From an uncultured Schleiferiaceae bacterium (GTDB lineage: Bacteria; Bacteroidota; Bacteroidia; Flavobacteriales; Schleiferiaceae): 64,000 nucleotides of DNA. Positions 47,001 through 56,726 of the stretch are shown here, piece by piece (the stretch's first letter is position 1; each line of letters opens with the position of its first letter). Position numbers and translations under genes: made by a program. A model generated the notes under the pieces. It was not told the DNA's origin. It saw only the letters and a list, made by a program, of their open reading frames with translations, and ran no database searches. The stretch covers positions 45,766 through 109,765 of the forward strand of contig CBFICS010000005.1 of the NCBI GenBank assembly GCA_965661055.1, written 5' to 3'.

Positions 47001-47573
47001 ATGAAGATAGTCCTTGCCACGCAGAATCAAAATAAAATTAAGGAAATAAAAAATGCCTTACCTCAATACAACATTGTTGGGATTGACGAGCTTAACATTC
47101 GTGAAGAGTTACCAGAAAACCAAAACACCCTAGAGGGAAACGCTTTAGAAAAGGCCCATTACGTATTTAACAATTTTGGTGTAGCGTGCTTTGCCGATGA
47201 CTCAGGACTTGAAATTGAAGCGCTACAAAATGAGCCTGGAGTGTTTTCTGCTAGATATGCCGGACCTCAAAGAAGCGACGACGACAACATGAACTTGGTT
47301 CTTGACAAACTGAGCAACCTCAACCATAGAAATGCGCAGTTTAGAACCGTCATAGCCTATGTAGGTGAAAATATTGAAAAAACCTTTGAAGGAACTGTCA
47401 AGGGAACAATAACTACTGAAAAACGTGGAGAAAACGGGTTTGGTTATGATCCTATTTTTGTCCCTGAAGGATTTTCAAAAACCTTTGCTGAAATGACTAT
47501 GGAGGAAAAAGGAAAAATTAGTCACAGAAAAAAGGCGGTAGAAAAATTTATTCAGTGGGTAGAGATGCATTAA
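47001..47573 (+). CDS. rdgB: Non-canonical purine NTP pyrophosphatase (RdgB/HAM1)
   Basis: Motifs ATQNQNKIKE, DDSGLEI, GFGYDPIF, SHR. Confidence 0.9.
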   Translation: MKIVLATQNQNKIKEIKNALPQYNIVGIDELNIREELPENQNTLEGNALEKAHYVFNNFGVACFADDSGLEIEALQNEPGVFSARYAGPQRSDDDNMNLVLDKLSNLNHRNAQFRTVIAYVGENIEKTFEGTVKGTITTEKRGENGFGYDPIFVPEGFSKTFAEMTMEEKGKISHRKKAVEKFIQWVEMH

Positions 47574-48093
47574 AGAAAGAGAAGCGGACTTTACCGTATT
47601 TTCTCATTTCTATAAAGTGAGGATGTTCATCAAAAGAACGTTGATTATCGTGTTCAAAAATTAAATATCCCCCTTCGTTCACCAATTGTTTTTCAATTAT
47701 TATTTCTAATAATTCTGGGTACTTTTCAAAATCATAAGGCGGATCAGCAAAAACGATGTCCCAAGTTCTATGGGCTCTTTTCACAAATTGAACACAGTCA
47801 TCTTTAAATACATCAATTTCAAAATCTAATGAATCTGAAGTTTTCTTAATAAACCGAACACAGTTGTTGTTTTGATCAACCGCCGTTACAGATTTTGAAC
47901 CTCGGGCAGCAAACTCATAGCTAATGTTTCCTGTGCCAGAAAACAAGTCTAACACAGATACCTCGTCAAAGTAAATATCATTGTTTAAAATATTAAACAA
48001 GGCTTCTTTAGCCGCATCTGTTGTGGGTCTTACCGGTAAATTTTTAGGGGCACGTAACTGTTTACCCTTATGGTTTCCACTTATGATGCGCAT
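47548..48093 (-). CDS. rsmD: 16S rRNA (guanine966-N2)-methyltransferase
   Basis: Motifs MRIISGNHKGKQL...RPTTD, DLFSGTG, FADPPY. Confidence 0.9.
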   Translation of the reverse strand: MRIISGNHKGKQLRAPKNLPVRPTTDAAKEALFNILNNDIYFDEVSVLDLFSGTGNISYEFAARGSKSVTAVDQNNNCVRFIKKTSDSLDFEIDVFKDDCVQFVKRAHRTWDIVFADPPYDFEKYPELLEIIIEKQLVNEGGYLIFEHDNQRSFDEHPHFIEMRKYGKVRFSFFNASLPTE

Positions 48094-48923
48094 GAATGAG
48101 AAATAAAATTAATGAAGAATGCGTGAGGAGGTATTTGACTAAATGAGCTGCTGTACTTGTACTGCGAAGGATAGGGTTCAAACATAGCTTTTACCCCATA
48201 TCCCGAAATCAGTTTTTCACCTGCTTTGGTCATCTCAATATCTCCAGAAAAAACAACCTCAACTTCATCAGGCTTCAAACCATATTGGTCAATAACAGCC
48301 AAAATGTAATATGAAATATCTTGCTCAGAAGTCAAGACAAATTGATTACTCAATTGAAGTTTTCCTTCATTTACATAAACCAACGATATGGTTTTACCGG
48401 TAATACTAGCATAGATTTTATGTCCTGGTTTATATCGCGACTCACCCAAAACCCCTTCCGTGAAAACGGCCTGAGAACTCATCACGTTAACATTCTTGAA
48501 CAATCTATTTACATGTGAGCTTAGTTGACTGTGACTGTTTGAAAGAAAAACCGCTTTAGCCGAATGAATCTTCTCCACTTGAATACTATCAGAAGAAACG
48601 TAATTCAAGGTTGATTGATTGAGCCATTCACTTTTTCTAGTTTCATCAAACAAAACCTCAGGAACAAAAACACCTGACGGCCTACTCTCTATCAGCGTTA
48701 CCGTATCGTAATCGCCTTCAAACTGATCTAAATGAGAAGCTGCTTCAATGGCATCATGCGCAATGTAATCTGCCAATAATATAAACTTATTGATGTCTTT
48801 GCGAAGTACACAAAAAGAAAGTCCACCTTCATACCTAAAGATGGACAAATGACAATCTTTATCTTGGGTTGAGTCTAAGATAGAATCAACAGCCTCAATA
48901 ATGTTATTATTTCCAATTACCAC
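48081..48923 (-). CDS. DUF3822-like protein
   Basis: 280 aa, 13-nt overlap with rsmD. Position and length match the DUF3822 family that accompanies rsmD in Bacteroidota (recalled, not searched). Confidence 0.55.
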   Translation of the reverse strand: MVIGNNNIIEAVDSILDSTQDKDCHLSIFRYEGGLSFCVLRKDINKFILLADYIAHDAIEAASHLDQFEGDYDTVTLIESRPSGVFVPEVLFDETRKSEWLNQSTLNYVSSDSIQVEKIHSAKAVFLSNSHSQLSSHVNRLFKNVNVMSSQAVFTEGVLGESRYKPGHKIYASITGKTISLVYVNEGKLQLSNQFVLTSEQDISYYILAVIDQYGLKPDEVEVVFSGDIEMTKAGEKLISGYGVKAMFEPYPSQYKYSSSFSQIPPHAFFINFISHSCAS

Positions 48924-49518
48924 TAATCGTCGGTTCGGTTAATGATCCCACAGTTAATGAATATCCTGGGTTAATGTAATTTTCATATTTGTTGCTCACG
49001 TCAGAGAAGATAACTTTTTCTGAAGCTGAAGCTTCAAACACATCAACCATAATTCCACCTCTGTCAAGCTTAGAGGCTGCTAAAGAAAATTCTACATCCG
49101 TTCCAGGAATGTATCTCATTGAGTTTGCATCAAAATCTGATGGAAAAGCCTCTATGGTTCCCCTTACAGGCTCTTTACCTAAAACTCTTTCAATAACAGA
49201 GTCTTTGTTCATGTCTTTCTGAAACAACTTGTTGTACTCCATAAAAGAAGTATCCTTTCTTTCAATAATGGTAATATGACCTGTGTCAATAAAGTTGATC
49301 AACACATCTAAATCTCCTGTATATGATCCATACTGAGTTTTATACGCCAACTCTGCTTCTCTAATGTTCTCTAAAGTAGATTTAACCTTATCAAACCTTT
49401 GATTTTTTAATTTTCCAAAACTGATAGGCTCCATAATTACAGCGTAAATCATGTAAGCTAAAAATACGGCAACTACACCTAAGACTAATTGAACTATCTT
49501 TAATGTCTGTTTTTTCAT
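48907..49518 (-). CDS. Hypothetical N-terminally membrane-anchored protein
   Basis: Single TM (IVQLVLGVVAVFLAYMIYAVI). 17-nt overlap with the downstream gene. Confidence 0.55.
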   Translation of the reverse strand: MKKQTLKIVQLVLGVVAVFLAYMIYAVIMEPISFGKLKNQRFDKVKSTLENIREAELAYKTQYGSYTGDLDVLINFIDTGHITIIERKDTSFMEYNKLFQKDMNKDSVIERVLGKEPVRGTIEAFPSDFDANSMRYIPGTDVEFSLAASKLDRGGIMVDVFEASASEKVIFSDVSNKYENYINPGYSLTVGSLTEPTISGNWK

Positions 49519-49624
49519 CGTTAATAAGGCTTTTTTAAGCTTTTTGAATCATGACAAACTTACAATTTTTTTTCCACCTTAAAATTTTTTTTCACCAGTT
49601 CAAGTTCTCACTTTTACACTCACA

Positions 49625-51049
49625 ATGAGCGAGCAAAAAAAATCTATATACACGGAGTTGGTCCAACGGTTTAAATTTGAACCAACTACACAGCAAAATG
49701 AACTATTAATTCATTTAAGTCAGTATTTAGAAAGCCCCTTTAGGCCCAGTGCATTTGTGTTAAAAGGGTTTGCAGGTACCGGAAAAACAACATTAGTTAG
49801 CACTTTAGTTAACACTCTGCCAACATTAGATACTCAAGTTGTATTGCTAGCTCCTACCGGAAGAGCAGCAAAGGTCATTACTCAGTATACTCAAAAGCCT
49901 GCTTTTACCATTCACAAATTCATATATCACCCTCCCAAAAAGGGACAAGGATTTGGACAATTTAAAACCAGACCCAACAAAGGGAAGGATGTTTTATTTA
50001 TCGTTGATGAGGCTTCCATGATTTCTGATAAATCGCAAGGAAACCAACTTGACGGAAGCTCTCTCTTAGACGATTTAATATCTTTTGTCAAAGATGGCGT
50101 CCGATGTAAGTTGTTGTTAATCGGTGATACGGCCCAGCTTCCTCCGGTGGGAAGTATTGATAGTCCGGCCCTTGACCCAGAAAAGCTAGAAAGAGAATTT
50201 GACCTTGAGGTATCTGATTTTATGCTTACCCAGGTAATTAGACAAGCCAGTGATTCTGCTATTTTAGAAAACGCTACCGAAATTAGAGGTCTTCAAGAAA
50301 GTGACCACAACATCACTCCTCAATTTTCTCTAGGTCCTGATGTTATCAGGTTGGTTGATGGTTATGATATTGAAGAAGCCCTCTCAAAATCATACTCTGA
50401 TGGCAACACAGAAGAAACCACCTTTATTGTACGATCAAACAAAAGGGCCAACCAATACAACCAACAAATAAGATCTAGAGTACTTTGGAAGGAAGACGAA
50501 ATATCTGCCGGAGACAACCTCATGGTGGTGAAAAACAATTATTTCTGGATTTCTGAAAAAAGTAAACCGGGCTTTATTGCCAATGGTGACATCATTGAAG
50601 TTTTAGAACTTAGAAACAGAAATTCACTCTATGGTTTTGACTTCGCAGATGCTACGGTAAAATTGGTTGACTACCCCAATGAGCCAGCCTTTGAAACAAA
50701 ATTATTGCTCAACACGCTTTCTGTAGATGGTCCTGCACTTCCCTATGAAGATTCTAAAAGACTTTTTGAGCAAATTGAAGAAGAACACCAAGACATCCCA
50801 CATAAGTGGAAAAGATATCAAGCCATTTCTAACAGTCCGTATTTAAACGCACTACAAGTTAAATTTTCATATGCCGTAACTTGTCACAAAGCACAAGGGG
50901 GCCAATGGAAAAATGTTTTTATTGAGCAGAGCTACCTTCCCGATGGAGTAAACAAAGACTATCTTAGGTGGTTATATACAGCATTCACAAGGGCTTCAGA
51001 AAAAGTGTTCCTCATAGGGTTTTCTGAAGATTACTTTGCCGATTTATAA
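49625..51049 (+). CDS. RecD-like (SF1) ATP-dependent DNA helicase
   Basis: Walker A GFAGTGKTT, Walker B FIVDEASM, C-terminus YAVTCHKAQGGQW. Confidence 0.8.
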   Translation: MSEQKKSIYTELVQRFKFEPTTQQNELLIHLSQYLESPFRPSAFVLKGFAGTGKTTLVSTLVNTLPTLDTQVVLLAPTGRAAKVITQYTQKPAFTIHKFIYHPPKKGQGFGQFKTRPNKGKDVLFIVDEASMISDKSQGNQLDGSSLLDDLISFVKDGVRCKLLLIGDTAQLPPVGSIDSPALDPEKLEREFDLEVSDFMLTQVIRQASDSAILENATEIRGLQESDHNITPQFSLGPDVIRLVDGYDIEEALSKSYSDGNTEETTFIVRSNKRANQYNQQIRSRVLWKEDEISAGDNLMVVKNNYFWISEKSKPGFIANGDIIEVLELRNRNSLYGFDFADATVKLVDYPNEPAFETKLLLNTLSVDGPALPYEDSKRLFEQIEEEHQDIPHKWKRYQAISNSPYLNALQVKFSYAVTCHKAQGGQWKNVFIEQSYLPDGVNKDYLRWLYTAFTRASEKVFLIGFSEDYFADL

Positions 51050-51057
51050 AGAATTGT

Positions 51058-51615
51058 ATGAAAAAACTAATTGCAAAACTGGTTTTTACCCTAGCAGGTT
51101 GGAAATTTAAGTTATCTATAGACCTTTCTAAAGTCAAAAGATCTGTAATGATTGCGGCACCGCATACCAGCAATTGGGACCTGATTTTCGCTCTCGGCGG
51201 ATTTTGGTTAATGGGTGTTGACGTTAGGTACTTTATTAAACAAAAGTACACGCAAGGACCTTTTGGCTTTTTCTTTAAATATACCGGAGCCATTGGGGTT
51301 AACCAAAGTCAAAATACCAACTTAACAGAATACGCCATCAAACTCTTTGAAGAAAGAAAGAACTTGGTACTGCTAGTGCCAGCAGAAGGAACGAGAAAAA
51401 GGGTAGAAAAATGGAGGACTGGCTTTTATAGAATTGCCACGCAGGCTAAGGTACCGGTAACCTTGGGATATTTAGACTACAAGCTAAAAATTGCTGGGGT
51501 AAAGGAAATAATCTATCCAACCGAAAACTTTCAAAATGACATGGCGCAAATAGAAGCCGTTTACAAAAATATTCAAGGTAAATTCCCTGAACGCTACAAC
51601 CAGAAGATTTACTAA
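51058..51615 (+). CDS. Acyltransferase (PlsC-like) family protein
   Basis: HX4D-like APHTSNWD and PAEGTR motifs. Confidence 0.7.
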   Translation: MKKLIAKLVFTLAGWKFKLSIDLSKVKRSVMIAAPHTSNWDLIFALGGFWLMGVDVRYFIKQKYTQGPFGFFFKYTGAIGVNQSQNTNLTEYAIKLFEERKNLVLLVPAEGTRKRVEKWRTGFYRIATQAKVPVTLGYLDYKLKIAGVKEIIYPTENFQNDMAQIEAVYKNIQGKFPERYNQKIY

Positions 51616-51637
51616 ATTCGCTGCAATAATTCCAGCT

Positions 51638-52708
51638 ATGCACACATTTTTAACGTTTACTTGGGCCTTAGACAATGGATTAGATCTTGGCTTTTTTACC
51701 TTGAGATATTATAGCCTACTTTTTGCCGTAGGGTTCATTCTGGGTTTTCAAGTCATGAAGAAAATTTTCAAGGCAGAAAAAACTCCTTTAGATCAACTTG
51801 ACCAGCTTCTCACTTATATGGTTATTTCCACTGTCGTGGGAGCTAGATTAGGTCATGTCTTTTTTTACCAATGGGACTATTACAGTCAACATCCCGTAGA
51901 AATTTTTAAAGTTTGGGAAGGCGGACTAGCCAGTCATGGAGCCGCTATCGCTATTATTCTAGGCCTGATTATCTACTCTAAAAAAGTAAGTAAGAAAAGT
52001 GTTTTATGGATTCTAGACCGGGTGGTGATTACCGTTGCTTTAGCAGGAGCCTTTATTCGTTTCGGGAATTTTACCAATAGTGAGATTTACGGTAAAATGG
52101 CTAATTCAAGTATTGAAACGGTATTTATCCAACCTACGGAACAGTCGTTTTTGGGATATTTAGGGGATAATCTCTCTGAAGTTGAATTTTCTAAAACAGA
52201 AAATCAATTAATTACTGACTCTTTAATTTACCCAGAGTATAAAGTAACCCTTACCCTTAGCGATCAAGCAGATATTGACGCAACTTCTAGAGTCATTGAT
52301 AGTAAAATCAAGAAACTTATTAGCCTTGAAGACAACGATAATCTTAACTTTTTCTTTTTAGAAGACAGAAACAATGAAATCGTAAACAATAAAACGATTG
52401 TTACCTATGGTTATGGGGTTCCAAGGTATCCAACTCAACTCATTGAGTCTTTTGGTTACCTTTTAATTTTCATTTTATTGTTTTTACAATTTTGGAAAAC
52501 TGACGTTAAAAACCAGCTGGGTTCTTTGTTTGGTCAATTTTTAATCACCGTTTTTGGGTTTAGATTCTTTGTAGAATATCTAAAAGCAAACCAAGTGGCC
52601 TTTGAATCTAACATGGACTTGAACATGGGACAATGGCTCAGCATACCTCTCGTTTTATTAGGACTTTTTTTTATTTTAAAACCTCTACTTAACAAAAACA
52701 AATCATGA
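51638..52708 (+). CDS. lgt: Prolipoprotein diacylglyceryl transferase (with an internal insertion)
   Basis: Motifs RYYSLLF, GARLGHVFFY, WEGGLASHGA, RFGNFTNSEIYG, RYPTQLIES. Confidence 0.9.
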   Translation: MHTFLTFTWALDNGLDLGFFTLRYYSLLFAVGFILGFQVMKKIFKAEKTPLDQLDQLLTYMVISTVVGARLGHVFFYQWDYYSQHPVEIFKVWEGGLASHGAAIAIILGLIIYSKKVSKKSVLWILDRVVITVALAGAFIRFGNFTNSEIYGKMANSSIETVFIQPTEQSFLGYLGDNLSEVEFSKTENQLITDSLIYPEYKVTLTLSDQADIDATSRVIDSKIKKLISLEDNDNLNFFFLEDRNNEIVNNKTIVTYGYGVPRYPTQLIESFGYLLIFILLFLQFWKTDVKNQLGSLFGQFLITVFGFRFFVEYLKANQVAFESNMDLNMGQWLSIPLVLLGLFFILKPLLNKNKS

Positions 52709-53220
52709 ACAAGGGAAGAAAATTATTAGCTGTAATTACACTTTTAGCTTTTGTGGCTTGGCTGTTGTTTACTGTACTTTCTCCAGGTTCAACTAGCAAA
52801 CCCAAAAAAGTTAAAGGCCAGAAAGAATATGTTCCACCCTTTAGACATGATGGCAATGGTGTGCTAATTTCAGAAACAGGAGACACTTTAGCAGCCCTTG
52901 AGTTAGAATTTGCAAAAACCATAGAGGCAAAAGAGTACGGAATGATGTACCGAAGAAACATGAAAACCAATCGTGGCATGCTCTTTTTTATGGGCGAAAT
53001 GCGCTTTCAGTCTTTTTGGATGAAAAACACGTATGTTCCTTTAGACATCATTTACATTGATGATCAGTTTTCTATCGTGAGTATTCAAAAAAATGCTAGA
53101 CCCCTTAACGAAACTTCATTGCCTTCAGAAGGTCCTGCTAGTTACGTTTTAGAAATTAATGCGGGTCTCTCTGATAAATGGGGACTGAAACCCGGAACGA
53201 AACTCAGTTTATACGAATAA
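52705..53220 (+). CDS. DUF192 domain-containing protein
   Basis: ATGA overlap with lgt. Motifs GMLFFMGE...FWMKNTYVPLDIIYID. Confidence 0.8.
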   Translation: MNKGRKLLAVITLLAFVAWLLFTVLSPGSTSKPKKVKGQKEYVPPFRHDGNGVLISETGDTLAALELEFAKTIEAKEYGMMYRRNMKTNRGMLFFMGEMRFQSFWMKNTYVPLDIIYIDDQFSIVSIQKNARPLNETSLPSEGPASYVLEINAGLSDKWGLKPGTKLSLYE

Positions 53221-53248
53221 AAAAAGCGGCCAAAGGCCGCTTTTTTTT
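53219..53248. terminator. Bidirectional rho-independent terminator
   Basis: GCGGCC-AAA-GGCCGC hairpin flanked by A7 and T8, between convergent genes. Confidence 0.8.
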
Positions 53249-53261
53249 GCTTCATCTACAA

Positions 53262-55529
53262 CTATCTATTTCTAATATAAAGCTCAAATCTTGAGGGCTC
53301 TTGAACAGCTGGCCAATAGTTGTTATTGCGATCTGTATCTGCCGTCTCTAAAAACGGATCTAATTCTATCTTCACAACTTCTTTCTCAAACACAAAAGTC
53401 TTAACAAACTCTGTTTCGCTTTGCAACCAAACTTCTACGGGAATCTTCTGTACTTCTGTGCTTCCGTCTTTAAAGGTAAACTCTAAAATCACAGGCATAA
53501 TAAGTCCGCCTTTATTAGAAAAAGTACATTCATAAAATTTGTAATCACCCTTCAAAAGGTCCTTTTCTTCTTGGTTGTATGCGTCTGTTTGTCTTTCGTA
53601 CTTTTCAAAATCTCTATCACTTGGTTTATACGGACGGTACTCTTTAGAATTGTAAAAGTCAACCGTTTTTGAATCTTTTGCTACTACCGTTTCAGAGGCA
53701 ATTTCCTCATTTCTAGTATCACCAATAAACCTGCGCTTTTCATCTTTTAGCTCTAGGTCTTCTTCAAGCACTTCAGGGTTACCGTCAAAAGGAGTGAATA
53801 CATTCACTTCATCTAAAGAAATGTCTACGTGGTCATTGGTGTAAAACCAACCTCTCCAAAACCAATCTAGGTCTACAGCACTTGCGTCTTCCATAGTTCT
53901 AAAAAAGTCTGCCGGTGTGGGGTGCTTAAATTTCCAACGCTCGCAGTAAACTTTAAAACTGTAGTCAAAAAGTTCTCTACCCATTACCGTTTCTCTCAAA
54001 ATATTAAGAGCCGTTGCTGGTTTTCCATAAGCGTTATTACCAAATTGGTAAATAGATTCTGAGTTGGTCATAATAGGCGCAATTTTACTTTTATCGCCTT
54101 TCATGTAATCGGTAATCTTATACGCAGGACCTCTTCTGCAAGGATAATCAACGTCCCATTCTACCTCTGTCAAGTATTGAACAAAAGTGTTCAACCCCTC
54201 ATCCATCCATGTCCATTGACGTTCATCAGAATTAATAATCATTGGGAAAAAGTTGTGGCCAACCTCATGAATAATCACAGAAATCATTCCGTATTTGGTA
54301 GCTGCTGAATACGTACCATCAGGATTTGGCCTTCCTCCGTTAAAACAAATCATCGGATACTCCATACCAATTGACTTTGAGTGAACCGAAATCGCCTTGT
54401 GGTAAGGATAATCAACCGTAAATTTAGAATACGTCTTAATCGTATGAGCCACTACCTTAGTGGAATACTTTTCCCAAAGTGGGTTTCCTTCTTTTGGGTA
54501 ATATGACATGGCCATTACGGTGCTATCACCGATTTGAACCGCCATGGCATCCCAAATAAACTTGCGACTGCTAGCAAATGCAAAATCTCTAACATTTGCC
54601 GCATAGAAGCTCCAAGTTTTGGTGTCTTTAAAATTCTTATTTTCCTCAGCCTTTATAGCTTCCTCTTGGGTTACAATAAAAACAGGTTCTTCAAAAGACT
54701 CTTTTGCCTTCTCTAATCTAGAGGCTAGCTCTTCAGTTAATACCTCTTTGGCATTGGTCAATCTACCGGTAGAGCACACCACGTGATCAGACGGCACGGT
54801 AATATTAACTTTATAATCGCCAAACGGTAAAGTAAATTCACCTCTACCTAAAAATTGTTTGTTTTGCCAGCCATCAACATCGTTGTAAACTGCCATTCTC
54901 GGGAAGAACTGTGCAATGGTGTACAAGTAGTTGTCTTCGTTTTCAAAATATTCAAAACCTGATCTTCCGCCAATATCCATTCTGTCGTTGATGTGATACC
55001 ACCACTTTATTTCAAAGCTGTATTTTTCTCCGGGTTGCAACGGCTTTTTAAGAGGAATCAACATCATGGTGTTATTCACGATTACCGGAATATCAGAACC
55101 GTCAGACCTCTTTACGTACTCTATTTTAAATCCACCATCAAAATCGTAGAAGTAAGTGTTCTTTAAACTATTGTAGGTCATTTTTTCTCTCATTCCGCCC
55201 TTTTTAATAAGTTGGGTGGTTGAGTTGTTAGCCCTCATATTTTGATCTAACTGAACCCATAAATACTCCAACGGATCGGGAGAGTTATTGGTGTAGGTGA
55301 TTTCTTCAGACCCCTCAATAATTTGATTTTTGTCGTCTAAGACAATGTCCATTACATAATCAGCTTTTTGCTGATAGTACTGATGACCAGGAGCACCTGA
55401 AGCCGTTCTGTAAACATTAGGCGTAGGTATTTCTGTTCCTAGTTGTTTAAATTTCGAGGTGTTTGTGTTCTGAGCTAAGAGAGTTCCTCCCGCGAAAGCG
55501 GCAAGAACAAGGAGAAATTTGTTTTTCAT
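53262..55529 (-). CDS. M1 family zinc metallopeptidase (aminopeptidase N-like), secreted
   Basis: HEVGHNFF and WMDEGLNTF (HEXXH-18-E). Signal peptide from the ATG at 55529. Confidence 0.9.
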   Translation of the reverse strand: MKNKFLLVLAAFAGGTLLAQNTNTSKFKQLGTEIPTPNVYRTASGAPGHQYYQQKADYVMDIVLDDKNQIIEGSEEITYTNNSPDPLEYLWVQLDQNMRANNSTTQLIKKGGMREKMTYNSLKNTYFYDFDGGFKIEYVKRSDGSDIPVIVNNTMMLIPLKKPLQPGEKYSFEIKWWYHINDRMDIGGRSGFEYFENEDNYLYTIAQFFPRMAVYNDVDGWQNKQFLGRGEFTLPFGDYKVNITVPSDHVVCSTGRLTNAKEVLTEELASRLEKAKESFEEPVFIVTQEEAIKAEENKNFKDTKTWSFYAANVRDFAFASSRKFIWDAMAVQIGDSTVMAMSYYPKEGNPLWEKYSTKVVAHTIKTYSKFTVDYPYHKAISVHSKSIGMEYPMICFNGGRPNPDGTYSAATKYGMISVIIHEVGHNFFPMIINSDERQWTWMDEGLNTFVQYLTEVEWDVDYPCRRGPAYKITDYMKGDKSKIAPIMTNSESIYQFGNNAYGKPATALNILRETVMGRELFDYSFKVYCERWKFKHPTPADFFRTMEDASAVDLDWFWRGWFYTNDHVDISLDEVNVFTPFDGNPEVLEEDLELKDEKRRFIGDTRNEEIASETVVAKDSKTVDFYNSKEYRPYKPSDRDFEKYERQTDAYNQEEKDLLKGDYKFYECTFSNKGGLIMPVILEFTFKDGSTEVQKIPVEVWLQSETEFVKTFVFEKEVVKIELDPFLETADTDRNNNYWPAVQEPSRFELYIRNR
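55489..55501 (-). repeat. Copy 2 of the 13-mer CCGCTTTCGCGGG (minus strand), inside the M1 peptidase signal-peptide codons
   Basis: Plus strand reads CCCGCGAAAGCGG. Encodes A-A-F-A-G-G. Confidence 0.9.
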
Positions 55530-55552
55530 AATGGTCGTTTGCACCTATTTAA

Positions 55553-56125
55553 TTAAGGCCAGTTTTTTAACATTAAAACCAAAGAGATACCAATTACGGC
55601 ACCTGAAATCACTAGATTCCAGTCCCTTGATTTTATTGAAATAATACGTTGAAAAATAAATGAGACAGTCAATATTGACAATATTACGATAATTTGTCCA
55701 ACCTCAACGCCGAGGTTAAACGGCAACAATATCATTAGGGTGTCGGGTTCGCCAGCTACAATCTTTTTAAACTCTAAAGAGAAGCCAAACCCGTGTATCA
55801 ATCCGAACAATCCGGCAATCCAATATTTAATCTTTGATTTGACGTCCTGCCCCATCTTGGTAAGATTAAATATTCCCGTTACAAAAATGGTGGTCGGAAT
55901 CAAAAACTCAATGAGTCTGCCATTAACAGAAACTACATCAAACCCGGCCAATGCTAGGGTAGTTGAATGAGCTAATGTGAAAAAGGTAATGATCCAAAAA
56001 AGCTTTTTCCATTGCTTAAACAGATAAATAGATGATAAGGCGATCAAAAAGACCATGTGGTCATAGCCATTTAGGTCGGTAATATGGTCTATTCCTAGCC
56101 AGAAATAAAGTTGAAAATCACTCAT
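55553..56125 (-). CDS. HupE/UreJ family membrane protein (metal transporter-like)
   Basis: N-terminus LYFWLGIDHITDLNGYDHMVFLIAL and FTLAHSTTLA. Six TM segments. Confidence 0.7.
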   Translation of the reverse strand: MSDFQLYFWLGIDHITDLNGYDHMVFLIALSSIYLFKQWKKLFWIITFFTLAHSTTLALAGFDVVSVNGRLIEFLIPTTIFVTGIFNLTKMGQDVKSKIKYWIAGLFGLIHGFGFSLEFKKIVAGEPDTLMILLPFNLGVEVGQIIVILSILTVSFIFQRIISIKSRDWNLVISGAVIGISLVLMLKNWP

Positions 56126-56128
56126 AGT

Positions 56129-56617
56129 TTAGGGTTTAAATTCAAATGTTGGTTGGTTCAATTTAAAATACGCATTCTTCTTATAACCTTCTGCTTTTAG
56201 CCTCGCCACATTTACTTGGTCCGGAAAATAATCAAACAAAAGAGTGTTGGTCATGGTAAAAGGCTTATTTAATTTTGGAGATTCTAAGGTAAAATAAATC
56301 CACAAAAGGTCTTCTTCTACCTCTTTACCTACCCATACAGGCTGGAATTTTTCTCTTTTTTGAACAATGTAAAACTGTTCTTTTAGGTAGGTGTTTAACA
56401 AAGAATCAACCTGAGGATTTTCATTTTTTTCTCCTAAAAATGGAATAACATTGTACTTGGTCTTCAGTAAGGTAGTTATGTCTTCTACATCTAAACGAAC
56501 AGAAATTTGAAACTCATCACCAACTTGTTCTCCATCTAGAATGCTTATATAGTATTCATGAATTGAGAATGAACACAGAAGGGTCAAAAAAAGAAATGCT
56601 AAATAAATACGCTTCAT
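56129..56617 (-). CDS. Small secreted protein (possibly DUF6702-like)
   Basis: Signal peptide, then IHEYYISI. 3-nt gap to the HupE gene. Family assignment is from memory only. Confidence 0.45.
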   Translation of the reverse strand: MKRIYLAFLFLTLLCSFSIHEYYISILDGEQVGDEFQISVRLDVEDITTLLKTKYNVIPFLGEKNENPQVDSLLNTYLKEQFYIVQKREKFQPVWVGKEVEEDLLWIYFTLESPKLNKPFTMTNTLLFDYFPDQVNVARLKAEGYKKNAYFKLNQPTFEFKP

Positions 56618-56726
56618 CAGGTCTGTGTTGTTATTTTTATAGATTCGTGGTGAATTTTGTTTTTAATAACTTCAAAAAAAATCAAAATTTATCAAACCAT
56701 TGTCCAAATTGAGAATTTGTTATTCA

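Noticed and set aside
55530-55544. Longer N-termini starting at TTG/GTG codons in the track: 2880, 7191, 25529, 27196, 36955, 40914, 41761, 55544 and 56700
   Set aside because: In each case a nearby downstream ATG gives a canonical signal peptide, lipobox or family-typical N-terminus. The extension adds non-conserved-looking residues or overlaps a neighbouring gene.
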